Part shown: one piece after another, positions 12,303 through 25,700 of the stretch
How positions within the stretch are numbered: the stretch's first letter is position 1
How the letters are laid out: each line of letters begins with the position of its first letter
Notes under the pieces: model-generated
What the model saw: only the letters and a program-made list of their open reading frames with translations
The model's database searches: none
What the model was told of the DNA's origin: nothing
Translations under genes and position numbers: made by a program
Assembly (NCBI GenBank): GCA_964036045.1
Contig: OZ038378.1
Coordinates: 199,764,001-199,828,000 of the forward strand
From: Eutreptiella sp. 'Long Island Sound 2002'
Lineage: Eukaryota > Protista > Euglenida
DNA: 64,000 bases
Direction of reading: 5' to 3'

Positions 12303-15300
12303 GTCCCCAGTGGCCGGTAGGGCATGGCGAGGCTGAGTGATGTGACTGTGGAAGACAAACGGCGTTGCACAAGCATGGAAGTGCTTCAACAACACTATGA
12401 TTGCCCACCTCACGCTTCCTAGTGCCCTCCTTTCGCCTCCCAATCTATCGTTGCACCGAAACGCATATCATCTCAATGCAATACATACCGATGTTGCCAT
12501 CCATGTAAGGAACAAGAAAGAACCCACTTAGTTCCTAGAACACGAAAAATCTTCGAAACTTGGCCCTCCACATTTTTGCTAAAAATTTTTGCACTTTTAT
12601 GAACAAAGGCAAAGAGGCCAGTTCCTGGTCGTCTGTGCTGCCACCCCACCCTCCTTGATAATCCAAAACCAACCGCAAGCAGGCACACAAGCACACAGGG
12701 CAGCTCGTGATTGCAACTGGTCGCGGGAAGTTACATAGCCATAGGTTGCACTCCAATCACAAAGATGGGAGGCGCAGAATGCCACTCAAGTGGCTTGCAA
12801 CTTGTAGACCATGGAGACATTTGTGGACAGGGCCACCTGACAAGCAATTTGGTCGCACAGCATTTGTAATGACACATTGCATAAATCAATCCGGTGTCAA
12901 GCACCGATACACTGTTGTTTCGTTAACTTCTGTGATTGCATGTGCTCCTTGGAGGGGCGGAGCAGAAAATCCTTATCAACTTGATTCCATTCTTGTAGCA
13001 TTGATTTCATCAACACGAGCCGCAAGCCCTTGGTTGTATAATTCCAAGAAGATTCCAAGACCAAATGATCAACCACTGGCTCAAGCAAGCTGCAACCGAG
13101 TCTCATGCTCGACTGCTTCTCACAGTGCTTTTGAATCTCCCATGTGTCTATCGTTCGTCTACCGCATGATGATGAGATTGGTGAGGAGCGATTACACTTC
13201 AAATGAAACGGGGTCAAATGTCATTCACGTGCAATGCGTCGAGATCACCAACACAGCACACATGGACAAATGGACAACACCATGTCTGGCTATCGGGAAC
13301 CAGAGGGGCACCAAAGCAGAACGGGCACCGAACAAGAGACTGATCACACATTAGGCCAGGGTTAGGGTTCGGCATTAGTCATTAGCTGCAGGGTGACAAT
13401 CGAACGTGATAGGGTGTAGTCAACTGCACGAATTGCTCTTCTGTCATGTTGTTCATTCACCGTCATCATCACTACTAACACTGCTGCAACTGCTGCTGCT
13501 AGAAGGAGCTAAATGAGGATGTTGAAGAACTTGAAACCGAGTCACTAAAACCATGGCAATCACCCAATTCATCCATGCCACCTTCACCCGAAACCTTCGA
13601 CCTTTTGTATGTCCCTAACTGCCCTATGCTGTGGAGGCTTGCCCTCCTTGCGCTTTTTGCCGCATCAACCTTTTGCAGCCCATGCATCCCTTCATATGCA
13701 TTCTAACGTTCCCCTAAATCATCCCAGTACACAATGCTGTCATAACACGATTCAGGATAGTGAGGGCACGCTTAGCGTCAGATGATGAACAACGAGACAG
13801 CAAAACAACAGCAGCATGGTGCCACTAAAACACAGTTGACTGCCAAAAAGTCCCCAACGGACCAGTGACCCTCCACTTTTTGCCCCTCCAAACGTGATGG
13901 TGGTATGTTGGGAGTCACTATGACAGTGCCGGTTGGAATTGGAGTCTGCCAAGTGCCTTGCAACGTAGGTTTTGCCTTCATTTACATGGTATTTCTTTCT
14001 GTCCGTCAATCTGGCTGTTTGCCACATGTGTCTCTCATGTTCCCAAGATTGCTTTTTGATGATAATACTGTCCAAGCAGCCTGCCCATCCCCCGAATGAC
14101 GAAAACTTTTATTTTGCTGGAGCAAAAAAAATTGCTGGTACCAGCAATACATGCGGTACATGGCCCAAAACACTTTTTTTTTGTTTGCACCACTTGTGCA
14201 GTAGGTAGTCCACGAATCACTGATCCGCGGGCTCCATAACCCCCCCCCCCCCGTTTGGACCATGGACCACGGATCACCTAATCCATATACCCCAACACCT
14301 CCAAGACCCACCACCCAACCCACGGAGGCTGTTCCACGGCAATGATATTGAGTGCCCGCTGGCAAATTTTTTGCAAGATGAAAGAGTGGAGTATTTGTTT
14401 GCTTTACAGTTGCATGCGAGGTGCATGTCATACAGGTGCATGTCACTCGTCACCAGGTGCGCTTTGTTTTTGAAGATGAATTGGTGGTGATTAGCCCCGA
14501 GGAGTGTCCGCGTGTGCGGATGGGTGGTCCGGGAAAACCGCGGATCAGGGCACTTCCTCCTTAGCTTCCAACACAGGACCCTACCACTCCCTTATGGCGG
14601 CGTCAAACTTTCGCAATGCAAGTGAGACGAGAATCATGAAGGACATGGAACTTGTTCAATGAGTAATCAACAGCCAAACATCGTCGCAAAGCAATGGCAC
14701 ATTCAAACTGCCATCATTGATTGAAAACACACCTCGGTACAAAGCTACCGGGCAATTGTATTGTCTTCGGTAGGAACAAGTTGAGTGGCATGTCAACATG
14801 GGGCGCAGAACTTGTCACCAGCATGATCATCATGAACGTCAAGGTTGCAGCAATGCAAGCGGTCAAGGAAGGGCTAAAGCTACGTTGATGCCTGCAGCAA
14901 TGCGGGACAAAATGGGGCCAACACCAAGACAAAGAACGAGAATGGTGCATACACTCTCCGCTTGCCAAGGGATGCATGATCGTTTCCGGCACAAGAATGA
15001 GAATTTGCATTTTGTATTTTGTAATGGCGTAATAATGCAATTGTGCATGAAACATCGATGCACCCCACCAATTGTTGTGTTTGCGCTACCGATTGCTCTC
15101 ACATCTGGCCAAAACCGCCATAATAGTGCGATTTCCCCTTATTGGGGGATCGTTGTGTAGAAGACCTGTGGCTGGCATGGCCTCATGACGTGCAACTAAA
15201 GTGCACCAAAACTGTTTGGGTATTCTCTACTCACTCTTTGCTTCAACAGAGGCTCACATTACCAACACCTCAATCGCAAAGCAATTTAGAAACCACGTTG

Positions 15301-16249
15301 ACATGAATTCTCGCAAGATTCAAATTCGGTGCGAGCCTTGAAGAGTTGGGCATCCTTAATCAGATATTTGCGAAGCAAATCATGGAACACCCAAGGACAT
15401 ACTCAATAGCACACCACCCATGGGCGCTTTGCACAGCCGGAAAAGAATGGTATTGGTCATTCGTGCAAGGTAACCTTGAAGGCATTTTGCACAAAACCTG
15501 TGGAACATGATGTGTGATGATGCAATGTAAGGGACCGTTACTTATTAACCGTCTCCACCGTTGCCGAGCCGTGTGAGCAAATGACCGTGGACGAAACATG
15601 TGCATTGTGGCACTACATCATGGGTTTTCGCATTGATACGAACCCCACAGCGCCCCTAATACCCTTGACAAGAGTGTCGGACAACCAAAATGATACACCA
15701 AGGCAATGGTGCACTCGGATTGAAGATGCCGAGTTGCATTACGGAGCCAAAAAACGCAAAACAAAGTGGGTTGATGGATGATTCTGCTAGTTCGTCCATA
15801 ACCAATTCAAATCTTCACAACCAATCCACCTCCTGCAAGCCACACAGACATGTAAGAAGAATGCGCAGATTGAAGAAACTTTTGTACCAGGGGGGCGGAA
15901 ATGAATTGCGGGTGGAAGGCTACCCCAGGCGAACACTTTAAACTTTGGTGAAATCCCTCGTGCACGAAGCGCTAGATAAATCACATGTACCCCAAATCAT
16001 CGTCGGATACACGCGTACAACCCACACATACCACAAACGGGGCAGGTGCAGCTCGTTTGTATACCCTGTGCACGACAAGCTGCACATATCTCTCCCTCTA
16101 TTCTATGGCACTAATCATTTTGGAGAATCCGTCCAGGCATATTTGGTAGGAGATTCAACAAGGATGTAGTTCACAAATCCCAAAACCCAGTGCGAACATT
16201 GACAAATGAGCACACCCATTACAAACTCAATCAGCAGAGCTGGCAAGTG

Positions 16250-18060
16250 AAGGCACTACACCTCATGGGCTTTAGCACCACAAGTCAAGAAATGCATTGC
16301 GGAACTTTCAACCATTCCTAGTGCGTGAGCCCAAAAACTTGCATTCGCTGGCTGGTGAAGAACAGCAGGTGTGTCAACGACAAAGCAAAGAGGAGATGCC
16401 CAAAGTATGGGAGATATGTGTCATGTTGCATGTGCTTTGTGCCGTACATCACACTTCTTCCGAGCACCCACCCATCCCTCCCTCAATGTACTTGGTACGG
16501 CAAACGAGGCAAACCTGGGCTTAGCAAGGAAACATGAGGAGAATTCCAAGCTGGAGCAAGTACCCTCTGCAGGTTAAGGTGCCCTTGGGACACCCCCACC
16601 ATATTGTCACAGAAACGGAATGGCCGATGTGGCAGGAGGGAGGGTGGAATGGGTTTGGATACCTGGGTCCTGAACTCGCTGTGGTTCTGACTGTAACATG
16701 AGTGTGGCTTGTCAATACAATACAAACACGAGAGCTGGGCAGATAAGGCTCCTCCAATCGCCACTCCTTTGACCTGTTTAGATATCTGATTGCTCACTGT
16801 GAAAAGACAATTTTCCATCAATTCCCACTTGGTATTCGTACACTTGCACAAAAGAATAGCTCTCAACTTGCTCCCTTGCTCCTTGGCCCACGTGGTCCAT
16901 ACCCCTGTCACACCTGTGTATTGCAAACCAAATCCCACTGTCTGCATCCGCCCATTTACCCCTTCAACAATAAGGACATGGACTCGGCGGATCGCATTCA
17001 AGGTATCCTGTTGGTCCATGGAGGGGAAAAAGTCATATATGTCCAATGCCCAGAGGGAATATGGACTTTGGGCGGGTGTGGGGTGTCTGGGCTTTACATG
17101 GCTACCCCCCCCCCTTGTATAAGCTACGCCAAAGTCCCAAATTAATACGGTCCCTGCGCCTACTGTAGCTTGGACACGGGCGTAGCTTGCGCGCGACACA
17201 TACAACTACCGACACACAGGTAAGTGAGCGCATTGTATGAGTGCACCTCAACCTCCACCCATGTTTCCAAAGGCATGCACACAAGAAAGTGTTTGAAACA
17301 TGGAAATTCAGGTTCCCACCCATGTTCTCACAAGCAATGAAGCATGAGAAGCCTACAAATGTTCAGCTTGGAAACCCTTCTTGCGATCATACACTATGCG
17401 GAACAACGGCACATGCTCACCACTTGAAGATGCTTTTGAAGATGCCTTTGCCTGAGGTTTAGGGGCTGGATTGGGCTGGGGCAACCTCAGGTTCTTGGGA
17501 ATGAAATTGATTTGAACGTGGTCTCTTGTAAAATACAACTTCCCATCAAAGACATGGGCCATTCCCCCCACACCTCGGGCAGCCTTAGCCCAAACAAATT
17601 CAGTGGTAGCATCATCAGAGTCACTAGAATCATCACTTGAAGAAGAGGACTCAGAAATGGGGTGGGTTCAAGTGGGGAAACACTCACAACAAATGTGCCC
17701 ATGACTCGATGTGACTGGCAAATTCGTGAAACCCTATCTTATGTGGCTGCACTACGTTTGGTAATACCGAATTAAAATTAGGTACCAAATTCATACGGTC
17801 CCTACGCCTACTGTAGCTTGGACAAGAGCGTAGCTTATACAGGAGGGGGGACTTACTGACATCGCCCACTGTTTAACATCTGTGATGCGGTCCATGTCCA
17901 ATGTCTGCAAATGTTCATATGCCAGTCGTACTAAGGATGAGGCGACACCCATTCTCCTTGGGTGGGCTTTCAGCGGATGAGAGAAATAGGAAAAGACGAT
18001 CCGGTGCTTCCACCCTGTAACCGTCTCTTCTTGGATCTTGTTCTTTGGAAGCTACAACGC
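16250..18060 (-). mobile_element. Penelope-like element reverse transcriptase, split by a TIR element
   Basis: LPKNK...WKHRIVFSYFSHP (17851-18060), then LDIYDFFPSM, ENCLFTVSNQISKQVKGVAIGGALSAQLSCLY and FRFCDN (16483-17104): PLE RT motifs in the expected order. Confidence 0.75.
17105..17850. mobile_element. 746-bp TIR element (MITE-like) inserted in the PLE RT
   Basis: Left end CCCCCCTTGTATAAGCTACGC and right end GCGTAGCTTATACAGGAGGGGGG are inverted repeats; subterminal direct repeat ATACGGTCCCTRCGCCTACTGTAGCTTGGACA near 17140 and 17793. Confidence 0.85.
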
Positions 18061-21000
18061 ATTGGCGCAATCATCATTCACACTGCATCAGTTTTGTTGT
18101 CCATTGGGATATGCTATGTACATTCAAGATGAAACTGGAACGCATTTGGGGGGGGGGGGGGGGGCTTTCCTGTCCCTCCCTCCCACTGTTCAGTCAGTCC
18201 GTGCTCCTGTATTGTGGTGTATATCATTTTCATGTATGCATCATGTGTTTCCCTCTTATTTTTGCACTCCGTTATCAGCTGGAATTGGGTTTCATTGTTG
18301 AAGGCTCGTAAGATGGTGGTGTAGTACAACTTTCAGCACACACATACGAACTTTTATCAAGCTGTAGGAAAACCAGGTCAGTGTGGGTCTCTCTCAATTT
18401 CTTCAGTCTGGATTTATGCAATATCATTGGCACATGCATGCGTGCGTCATCCCAGACTTGTCACAGGGCTGGTTGGAGGATGGCCTCCACCAGCCACCCG
18501 TTATCTTCACCCACACACTTATGAATGCGGCATAGCTGGCCCGTTACCGAGGTCAGTGCTTCCTCCACATCTTTCCCTGCTGTCAGGGTCGTAGTACTGG
18601 CTTTTGCCTTTGGGCCTGATTGCCACTGATGTGAAGCATACCCGGTTCAGGTGACCGGTACAACGTTGCGCAGAAAATCGATGCGCTGTGTTAGCTGGGT
18701 TGGGGCCCGTAACCCTAATTGGAGGCTGCAGGGGATCGATTTTTGCAGGAAATCATCATATTGAGTAATCGCAACCCTAACCCTGGACCTCAATATACCA
18801 GTATATCCCGTAGGTCGTGTGTGTAGGTTGTCACTGGCGTGAAATATATTAGGAATCCCCTGCTGTTTCACGCGAGTGGCAACCACACCCTGTGGGGCAC
18901 AGGTCTGTGGAGAAGTGCCAGTCACAGTCACTGCGCACGACCTCAAGAGTCAGGTCGCTGAAGGTGAGAACCTCTTCACGGGCCTCTCACCGCTGAATAC
19001 CTGTATCAAATGGCCTTCAGCCTGTGGAATGAGGAACGTCAATCGGGTTGTCAAAGAGGCTTTTTGCAATGAAAATACACCAACTAATAATTACATGTAT
19101 GTTCCCATGTGCATGGGTAAACCCTGTTGGCATCCCGTTTTTGGAGCAAGGAGGCCTTTGGCGCCCTTGCTCCGAAATATTGGCACTTGTCTACAACATG
19201 AGGACATTGTATGCAATTGGCAAACTGCGTCTACTTGGGGGTAGACCGCGTATACAAACTACGGACGGCCATGCCCATGTGTACGAGTAAACAATGTTAA
19301 CAGACCGTTTTAGGGCAAGGGGGAGCCTATCAGGCTGTCTTAACTCCATGGTATGTCGGATAATGACCTCGGATGAATGGAATCACAGACCAAAATCTGC
19401 ATTTTTTGACTGAAATGCCAAACCCAGAACCTATATAACTAAGGGCCATTATGGTTGGAGTTAGCAAACTAGCAGTCTTGCCCATCCCTCTAGCTCCAAA
19501 GTACCGCAACATACTTAGTTGAAATCCCACGGAAAATTAGAGACGTAACGCGGACACTCGGTAGGGATAGAACCTTTGTATCCGCCAGTCCCGTATGGGA
19601 CCCACAAAGTGCGTCCAAGCAATTTTGCATGCCTATGGTGTCTAGGAAGAGCATACGAGGGCGAAAACTTAAAGATACAAGCTTTTTAGGCAATGCTTTT
19701 GATGATTTTCATAACACAAGCGTGCCAAAATCACGGGTCTCCCCCATGCAATGGAGACACTCAAACGGACTTGAGCACTGCTTTTCACGAATCAAAACAC
19801 AACAAAAGACACAAGAACAAAAGACACAACACACACAAAACAACAAAGCCACAAAACAAGCAAAAGAAGCAAAACGCAATAGCGCACAAAAGAGCAAACG
19901 AAACAACAATCCACCACAAGCAGCTGAAACAACACAACCAACAGTCTTTGTGTCTTCTGGTGTGGCTTTGTGTTGTGTTGTGTCTCATCCTTGCCCCTTG
20001 GCGCGTTCTTTGTCTTTGTGTTGGTTCATTCCGTATTCTCCCCCTTTTTTTTGAGTGTTTGTGTTCGACTCATGTTGTGGTGTGTCTTGGTGTCCTTGTT
20101 GGCCTTGTGTCGGTGTGCCCTAGATCCTAGGGTTCGCATTGTTTCCTATGGCTTGGGGCACGCACACATGCACTTCACATGTGGGTGTTCTTTGCCGGCT
20201 TCCGTAGCTTTGCTGGTTTGTCTTTTTCCCTTCGCCACGTTGGTCTCTTTGCGTTCACAAACCTCAAATGTCGGAACACACCTCTCACCTGTTGCTCTTG
20301 CTGGGGCACGCACTGCATGCACAGAAGTCATTTGTCGTGTTCTTCATTGTTCCCTGGCTGACCTCGCCAATTTTCGGCTCAAAATTTTTCGGGGGGGGGG
20401 TTCTAAAGCCGCCAATTTCAAAAATGCGCTTGGTTTCTGTCGCTTCTGCTGGTTTCTCTTGATTTGTTTAGTTTTCTGTGCTGCTTTCTTTCTTTCTCCT
20501 TCTGTGCTCCAAAAGAATAAGTGAACTAAAATGGGAACACACATGAATGACAGAAAACGGCAAACTAACTGACATGCCATCAGCAACGAAAAAAAAAAAG
20601 CCACGGTGCAACTAGATGACAGTGGAAACAGTGTGCCACATGACACCAATGCAGGGGCTACATACAGACTGATTGGTGCTGTACAATTCAAAGGGGAAGA
20701 TATCTACAAAGGCCCCCACTGCTGCAGGACCGACTGCCACAAAAACAAACTACCACTGATGCCACTGCACAGAAATGGATGCCGAGCTGCACCAGAAACT
20801 TAGTTGCTCTTCGGTTGCCATTCCACTATGAAGATCAGAGGCTTAACTTGCAACACCCCTACATTTCATGCAGCCCCACACAATGGTAGTCCTGAGTGGT
20901 GGTGTAGGGAGTGACTGCACAGCAAGGATGGTTCTAGACAGATTGAAAAATAACAACTAGGCCACCTCCAGACCGCTGATGGACACTAAAACTGACACGA

Positions 21001-22782
21001 TCCCCCCAGAGAAAACATCATTCGGACCAGGGGAGATAACGGCACCCCTGCAGAGGCAGTCATACACTTCTCACCCCTCGCATCCATCCCTTCTTTGCTG
21101 TCTTCCCCAGGTACAACTAATCCACCTTACACTGTGCCATACATGGGGCACTGTCCCAATGCAAAAAAAAATACCTGTTGTTGTGGGTGTGACGTGCAGT
21201 GTGTTGTAAGAGAGCGCGGTTGAAAGTGAGGGCGTGACATGGACATAGACATGTGTTGGTGCTTGTACCTGAGAAAGCAACTGGAACTATATTTGTGGCT
21301 CAATACACGGTTGGGTAGCCGACCGTGATGACCGTTCTTCCGAGACTTGTGCGCAAGGTTGCCCGTGTGTGTACAGTGTGGCGGACTAGCTGCCTCAGAC
21401 TTCGGATACACTCCCATGTGGGCAGGGTTTCTTGCTGTACCATAATGCATGCAGGTACGCCTCCGACAAATTACAACTCAGAAGATCACTCCCCAGCCCA
21501 ACTGCATGACAAGCGCAACTGACCCTGTGCCATTGGCAGCTGTCAGGAGTTGCTTGCTGTGAAAAGGCAGCTGGCCGCAACACAAAGAAACATTCAAGGA
21601 AAGGTTTCCCGGTTTGAGGTCCGCTCCATCCCCCCTGTCCCTCGGCCCTGTGAATATCTTCCCACCAAAATCCCATTTTCGCCTGCGCACAGGGGGATCA
21701 CCTCAAGGGCCGTCCTGCTACACTTTGTGAGGGCTGAAATTCGCGAAAAAATAGTAAAGAAGATGCAAAGGTGAACATTTCAGTTGTTCTGTTCTGTGAA
21801 AAAGCACACAGGCAGGAATTGCCTGTTGCGTAGACATCCGAGGCTTCCAGCACAGAGAAGCAGGGATGATGGTCACGTATACTGTGGCCAGAAGGATGAA
21901 CAGCAGATGTGTCATGCAGATACAGCAGTTGTCGACCGAATGGCTGTGTACCACCGGTCATGAGGATTGGCTTGGGTTGGTTTCAGCAGTCAAAACACAC
22001 GGTCAATTCAAAGGTTAGTAAAACTCCCTGGCCATTGATATGCACGCCGTCGATGGAGTGGAAGTGTTTCCCTGCGCCTCGGGTACAATAGACTACAGGC
22101 AACCAGAGCAACAGCCAATCTCCTCGGCTACGGCGCGGGGTTGAGGGGTGCTTGTTAGGACCGGGCATGGGGCACTGTGATACCAACAGTGCGCGTGTCT
22201 TGGAAGGGTTCTCGATAAAACCCGCTGGAGTCAATTACAAAGCCCTGCTGTCAGCGAAATGGCAGCAAACCACTCAGGATCTTTTTTTGTGGACGTGACT
22301 GCAGTCTGCCACATAAAACATTAGGCTTTCCTCAGCAAAAAAAGGAAAACAGCAAGACAGGGGATACCGCCAGTGCCAGTGGCAAAAGGGGGAAGGGGGG
22401 GCGGACGCAATCAGGGTTTCGAGGCTTCCTCTTCAGGATTGAGACACGACGGTAACAAGAGTTTTGAACATTCACCAGAAATGGCGGCAGGGGAAGGGGG
22501 TACACGAAGAGGCGGGGAGGAGGCGCAGGTACAGTCACCGTCGCCATTGGTGTGACAGTGACTGGGAGGAGTGCCAAAAACCGGTTAGTGTCATGCTGCA
22601 TTCTCCCCCCTGAGGGCTACACTTACGTAATAGCAATGCCACACCTAAACGCAACCTCTGAACTCAGGAGAATGAAACCCTCGCAAATCTTTTGCAATCA
22701 AATGAGTCACCGCCAGATCTTTAGCGTCCAGAGAGCTGCCCGAATGTGATGTCATGTGACATCATGTGACCCCAATGTGACA

Positions 22783-25700
22783 TCATGTCATCCTCGTCCA
22801 GCTTGTGGAGGCCTTGCGGGGGGCGGCCGATGGCTGGGCCACAGAAAGGGAATTGTTCTGGATCAGGCTCTGGGAGTACCTGCGCGAGGTTTGGTGGGTG
22901 CGTTCCACCTCCTCATCAATGACCTGTGTTGATGATGGCAATCCTTTCTTGTGGGCTCGACCCCGGAAGCGAGGCTCCAAGAGCCGAGGAGTTCCGATGA
23001 CCTGTGAAGGGATTCGCATGCATCGTGTCTCACCGTTCTCTCGTTGCCAAACCCAAGATACCGCCACTCCACAAGCTGTTACATGCAGCAAGGCACCTTC
23101 CTCCCCAAAACCCTAACCAGTACGCACAACACCCTGAAGTGCCTTTACTTTCCGGGTCCCTCGCCTGCTGCCCCTTCACGCCCCCTCCTTTTCGATCGGT
23201 GCCTCTGCCTGTGCTCTGTATCAAACGGCCTGGCACTGCAGGGGCTGCCGGGATATGGCGGGGATGAAGCGGCACGGCAGGGGACTAGTCCCCGGAGCAC
23301 GGAGCAGCGTGCGGGTTCAGGCTCGTCTGTGCCGCGTCGGCATTCTTTTGCTGTGCGTTGAGCCAATCGCCGGGGCTCACACCCAATGTGCCATGAGCGC
23401 TCGACTGCATTCATGCGCCTCGTGCGGAGGTGGTGCACCGGCCGGGGGCAAAGGCTTGGTCCCTCCCCCTGCCCCGTGCTCGCTGGACGGGCTGTCGCAT
23501 GTGCGGCCCGCGAGTTGCCTTAACATGCCGTGCTCCCGCCAGCCCCCCCCCTGCCGAGGGTTCCCCCACCGATGACCTCCGACGGTATGCACGCCCCCGT
23601 CGCAGCAGAAACCAACGGCAGCGCGCACGGCGGGCACCCTCCCAAGATACGCAAACACTAACTGACCACAAGACGACAGTTTCGTTCAAGTGCAAAGACC
23701 TATTGAAATGTTTCCTCTTGAACATCACACTAAGAGACCGGCCCAGAAAATGCGAAAAAAAGCGGACCGCATCCCCCCCCCCCCCCCCTGTGTGACATTC
23801 CGTCTGGTTGTTGTTTCTTTACGGGGCCCTGGACGGTCACCCGTTCTTCCCTCCGCATGTTGCGTCGGGTCGCTGCGTTCTGTCGGCCGTTGCGGCCGGT
23901 GCTCCTGCTGGTGTCGTTTCTGCGTTCGCGGAGCCCAGTAGTTGGCGTGTTGGGACTGTGCTGAATGTGGCGTGGTGTGCCGTTTGCGTGTCAGCGGCGC
24001 CCAATAGTTGGCGTATTGAGGATGTGCTGGTTGTTGCCGGGGTCGTTTGACTGTTTTTGCTGTCCACACACCTCTGTCCACAGGCCGTCCATAGCCTGCC
24101 TCGCTGTGTTTCTGTGCGGCCCAGGTGCCCTGTTCCTCCACGCGCTGTCCGGGCCGTCCACCATATGTCCTTTTCCCCCTCACGGTTGGTCTGCCCCTGA
24201 TGGGCTCCCACTCCTGTTGCGCAAACAGCCCATCTGGGCTGCGGGAGACACCCCCCACCTGATGCCGGTTGAGCAGGGGTTGCCCTGGCACCCGGTAGCG
24301 ACGGGGTTGGCTGGTCAGGCCATCCCCTTTATTGTCGCTGCCTCCCATGCGCACGCTCTGCCATCCGCTCCATTCTGGTTCTCTGTTCCCGCTGTTCCAG
24401 CTGCCTCTCCCGCCTTGCTGTGCCCCTCCTCCTTGTCTGCTGTGCCCGCCCTTGTCCCTCCTGGTGTGGCTCCCGCGTTCTGTGTGTCTGTGTTGCTCCT
24501 CCCCCTGTCTGGTGGCGCTCCTGGGTGCCCATGTCGCGCACCCCCTCCTGTCCCACCCGCCTGCCCCCCCATACGAGGATATCACATCTCCATACAACGT
24601 GGACTGCTCCGTGCCCGGTTGGCCCCCCGCCCCGATGAGAGGCCAGGGTTAGGTACACAAACTGGTTTTTGCCCTCATACCCCCCCCCGTCTCGCAGGCC
24701 AAACCCCAAGCACAACTCTCAGATGCGGACCTGCGCCACTGGGGACATGTCAAAGCCATGCAAATCGTCTTCCTGGGGCGTCTGGCAGGCCCCGACGGAG
24801 CCCGAGCCGGGGCGCAGGGACCCGGGCCTGGGGCTCGCCCCCGTGAGGCTGTCGGCGTACGCCTTGGCCTCGGCGTGGGCCATCCGCAGCTCCCGCTCGG
24901 CGTTCCGCTCGAGGGTCTCGATGACGTGCGTCAGGTCCGCCGTGCGCTGCTGCTCCTGCTTCTTCTCGTACGCCGTCGTCACGACGTGCGTGTAGAGCGT
25001 CTCGAGCCGCTGCAGCAGCTCCTCGCGGCTCAGGGCCGCGGCGCCGGCCATGAAACTGCCACGGCGCTCCAGCAGCTGCTGCTCGTGCGCCACAACGTCG
25101 CGCACATGCGACGCCTCGGCCTCGAGGCGATCCCGCACCCACGCCACAACGTCGGCCTTTTGCACCTGCGGCCACAACAGACGCAGTGCAGCAGTTGCGG
25201 TCGGGTTCCATCCCACGACTTACAGCGCAGGCGTTCCTGAGGCCGAGGTGGCCAACCACTGAGCGACCTGCTCCAGTGGTGGGGTTGGGCGGCTCTGGGT
25301 GCAAACACGACCGTTCTCAGGACCTACGTGTCACTTACGCCATGGAAATTCCCTTGAGCTCATGCCATCCGCACAACGTCCCGAGTCATGCACAGGCAAT
25401 GAAGCATCACTGGGATGTAGTGTGTAACAAAGAAGCATCATTGAAATGGTCCATGTGATTCCTTCAACTCAAACAATGGAAACGTGCACGAATACCCCTC
25501 ACTGACAATACCCTCAGGTGATCAGCCTGCTCTTAGGCTCAACGTACAGCCCCCATATGGGACATTATGTCCACTCGTGGACGGTGGAGCCCAGAAGCTC
25601 CCGTTTAGGTTTCGGGATCATCCTGCCCCTCGTGATCGTCTCCTCGGGCCAGCTCTATGTGCCAGCTCTATGTGCCACTCACTGGCTGTGTCAAGGGTTT

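Noticed and set aside
12707-16170. Several ORFs of 60-215 aa that look like decayed coding DNA
   Set aside because: No recognisable motifs, consistent splice sites or coding bias; probably old transposon debris.
12300-24749. 15-nt match GCCACTGGGGACATG at the thioredoxin start and at 24735
   Set aside because: Several 15-mer matches are expected by chance in 64 kb on both strands.
25166-25300. GTAAGT donor suggesting a 58-nt intron and an extra exon
   Set aside because: Its acceptors are phase 1, whereas the upstream exon ends in phase 0; direct splicing from 26668 to 25165 fits without it.
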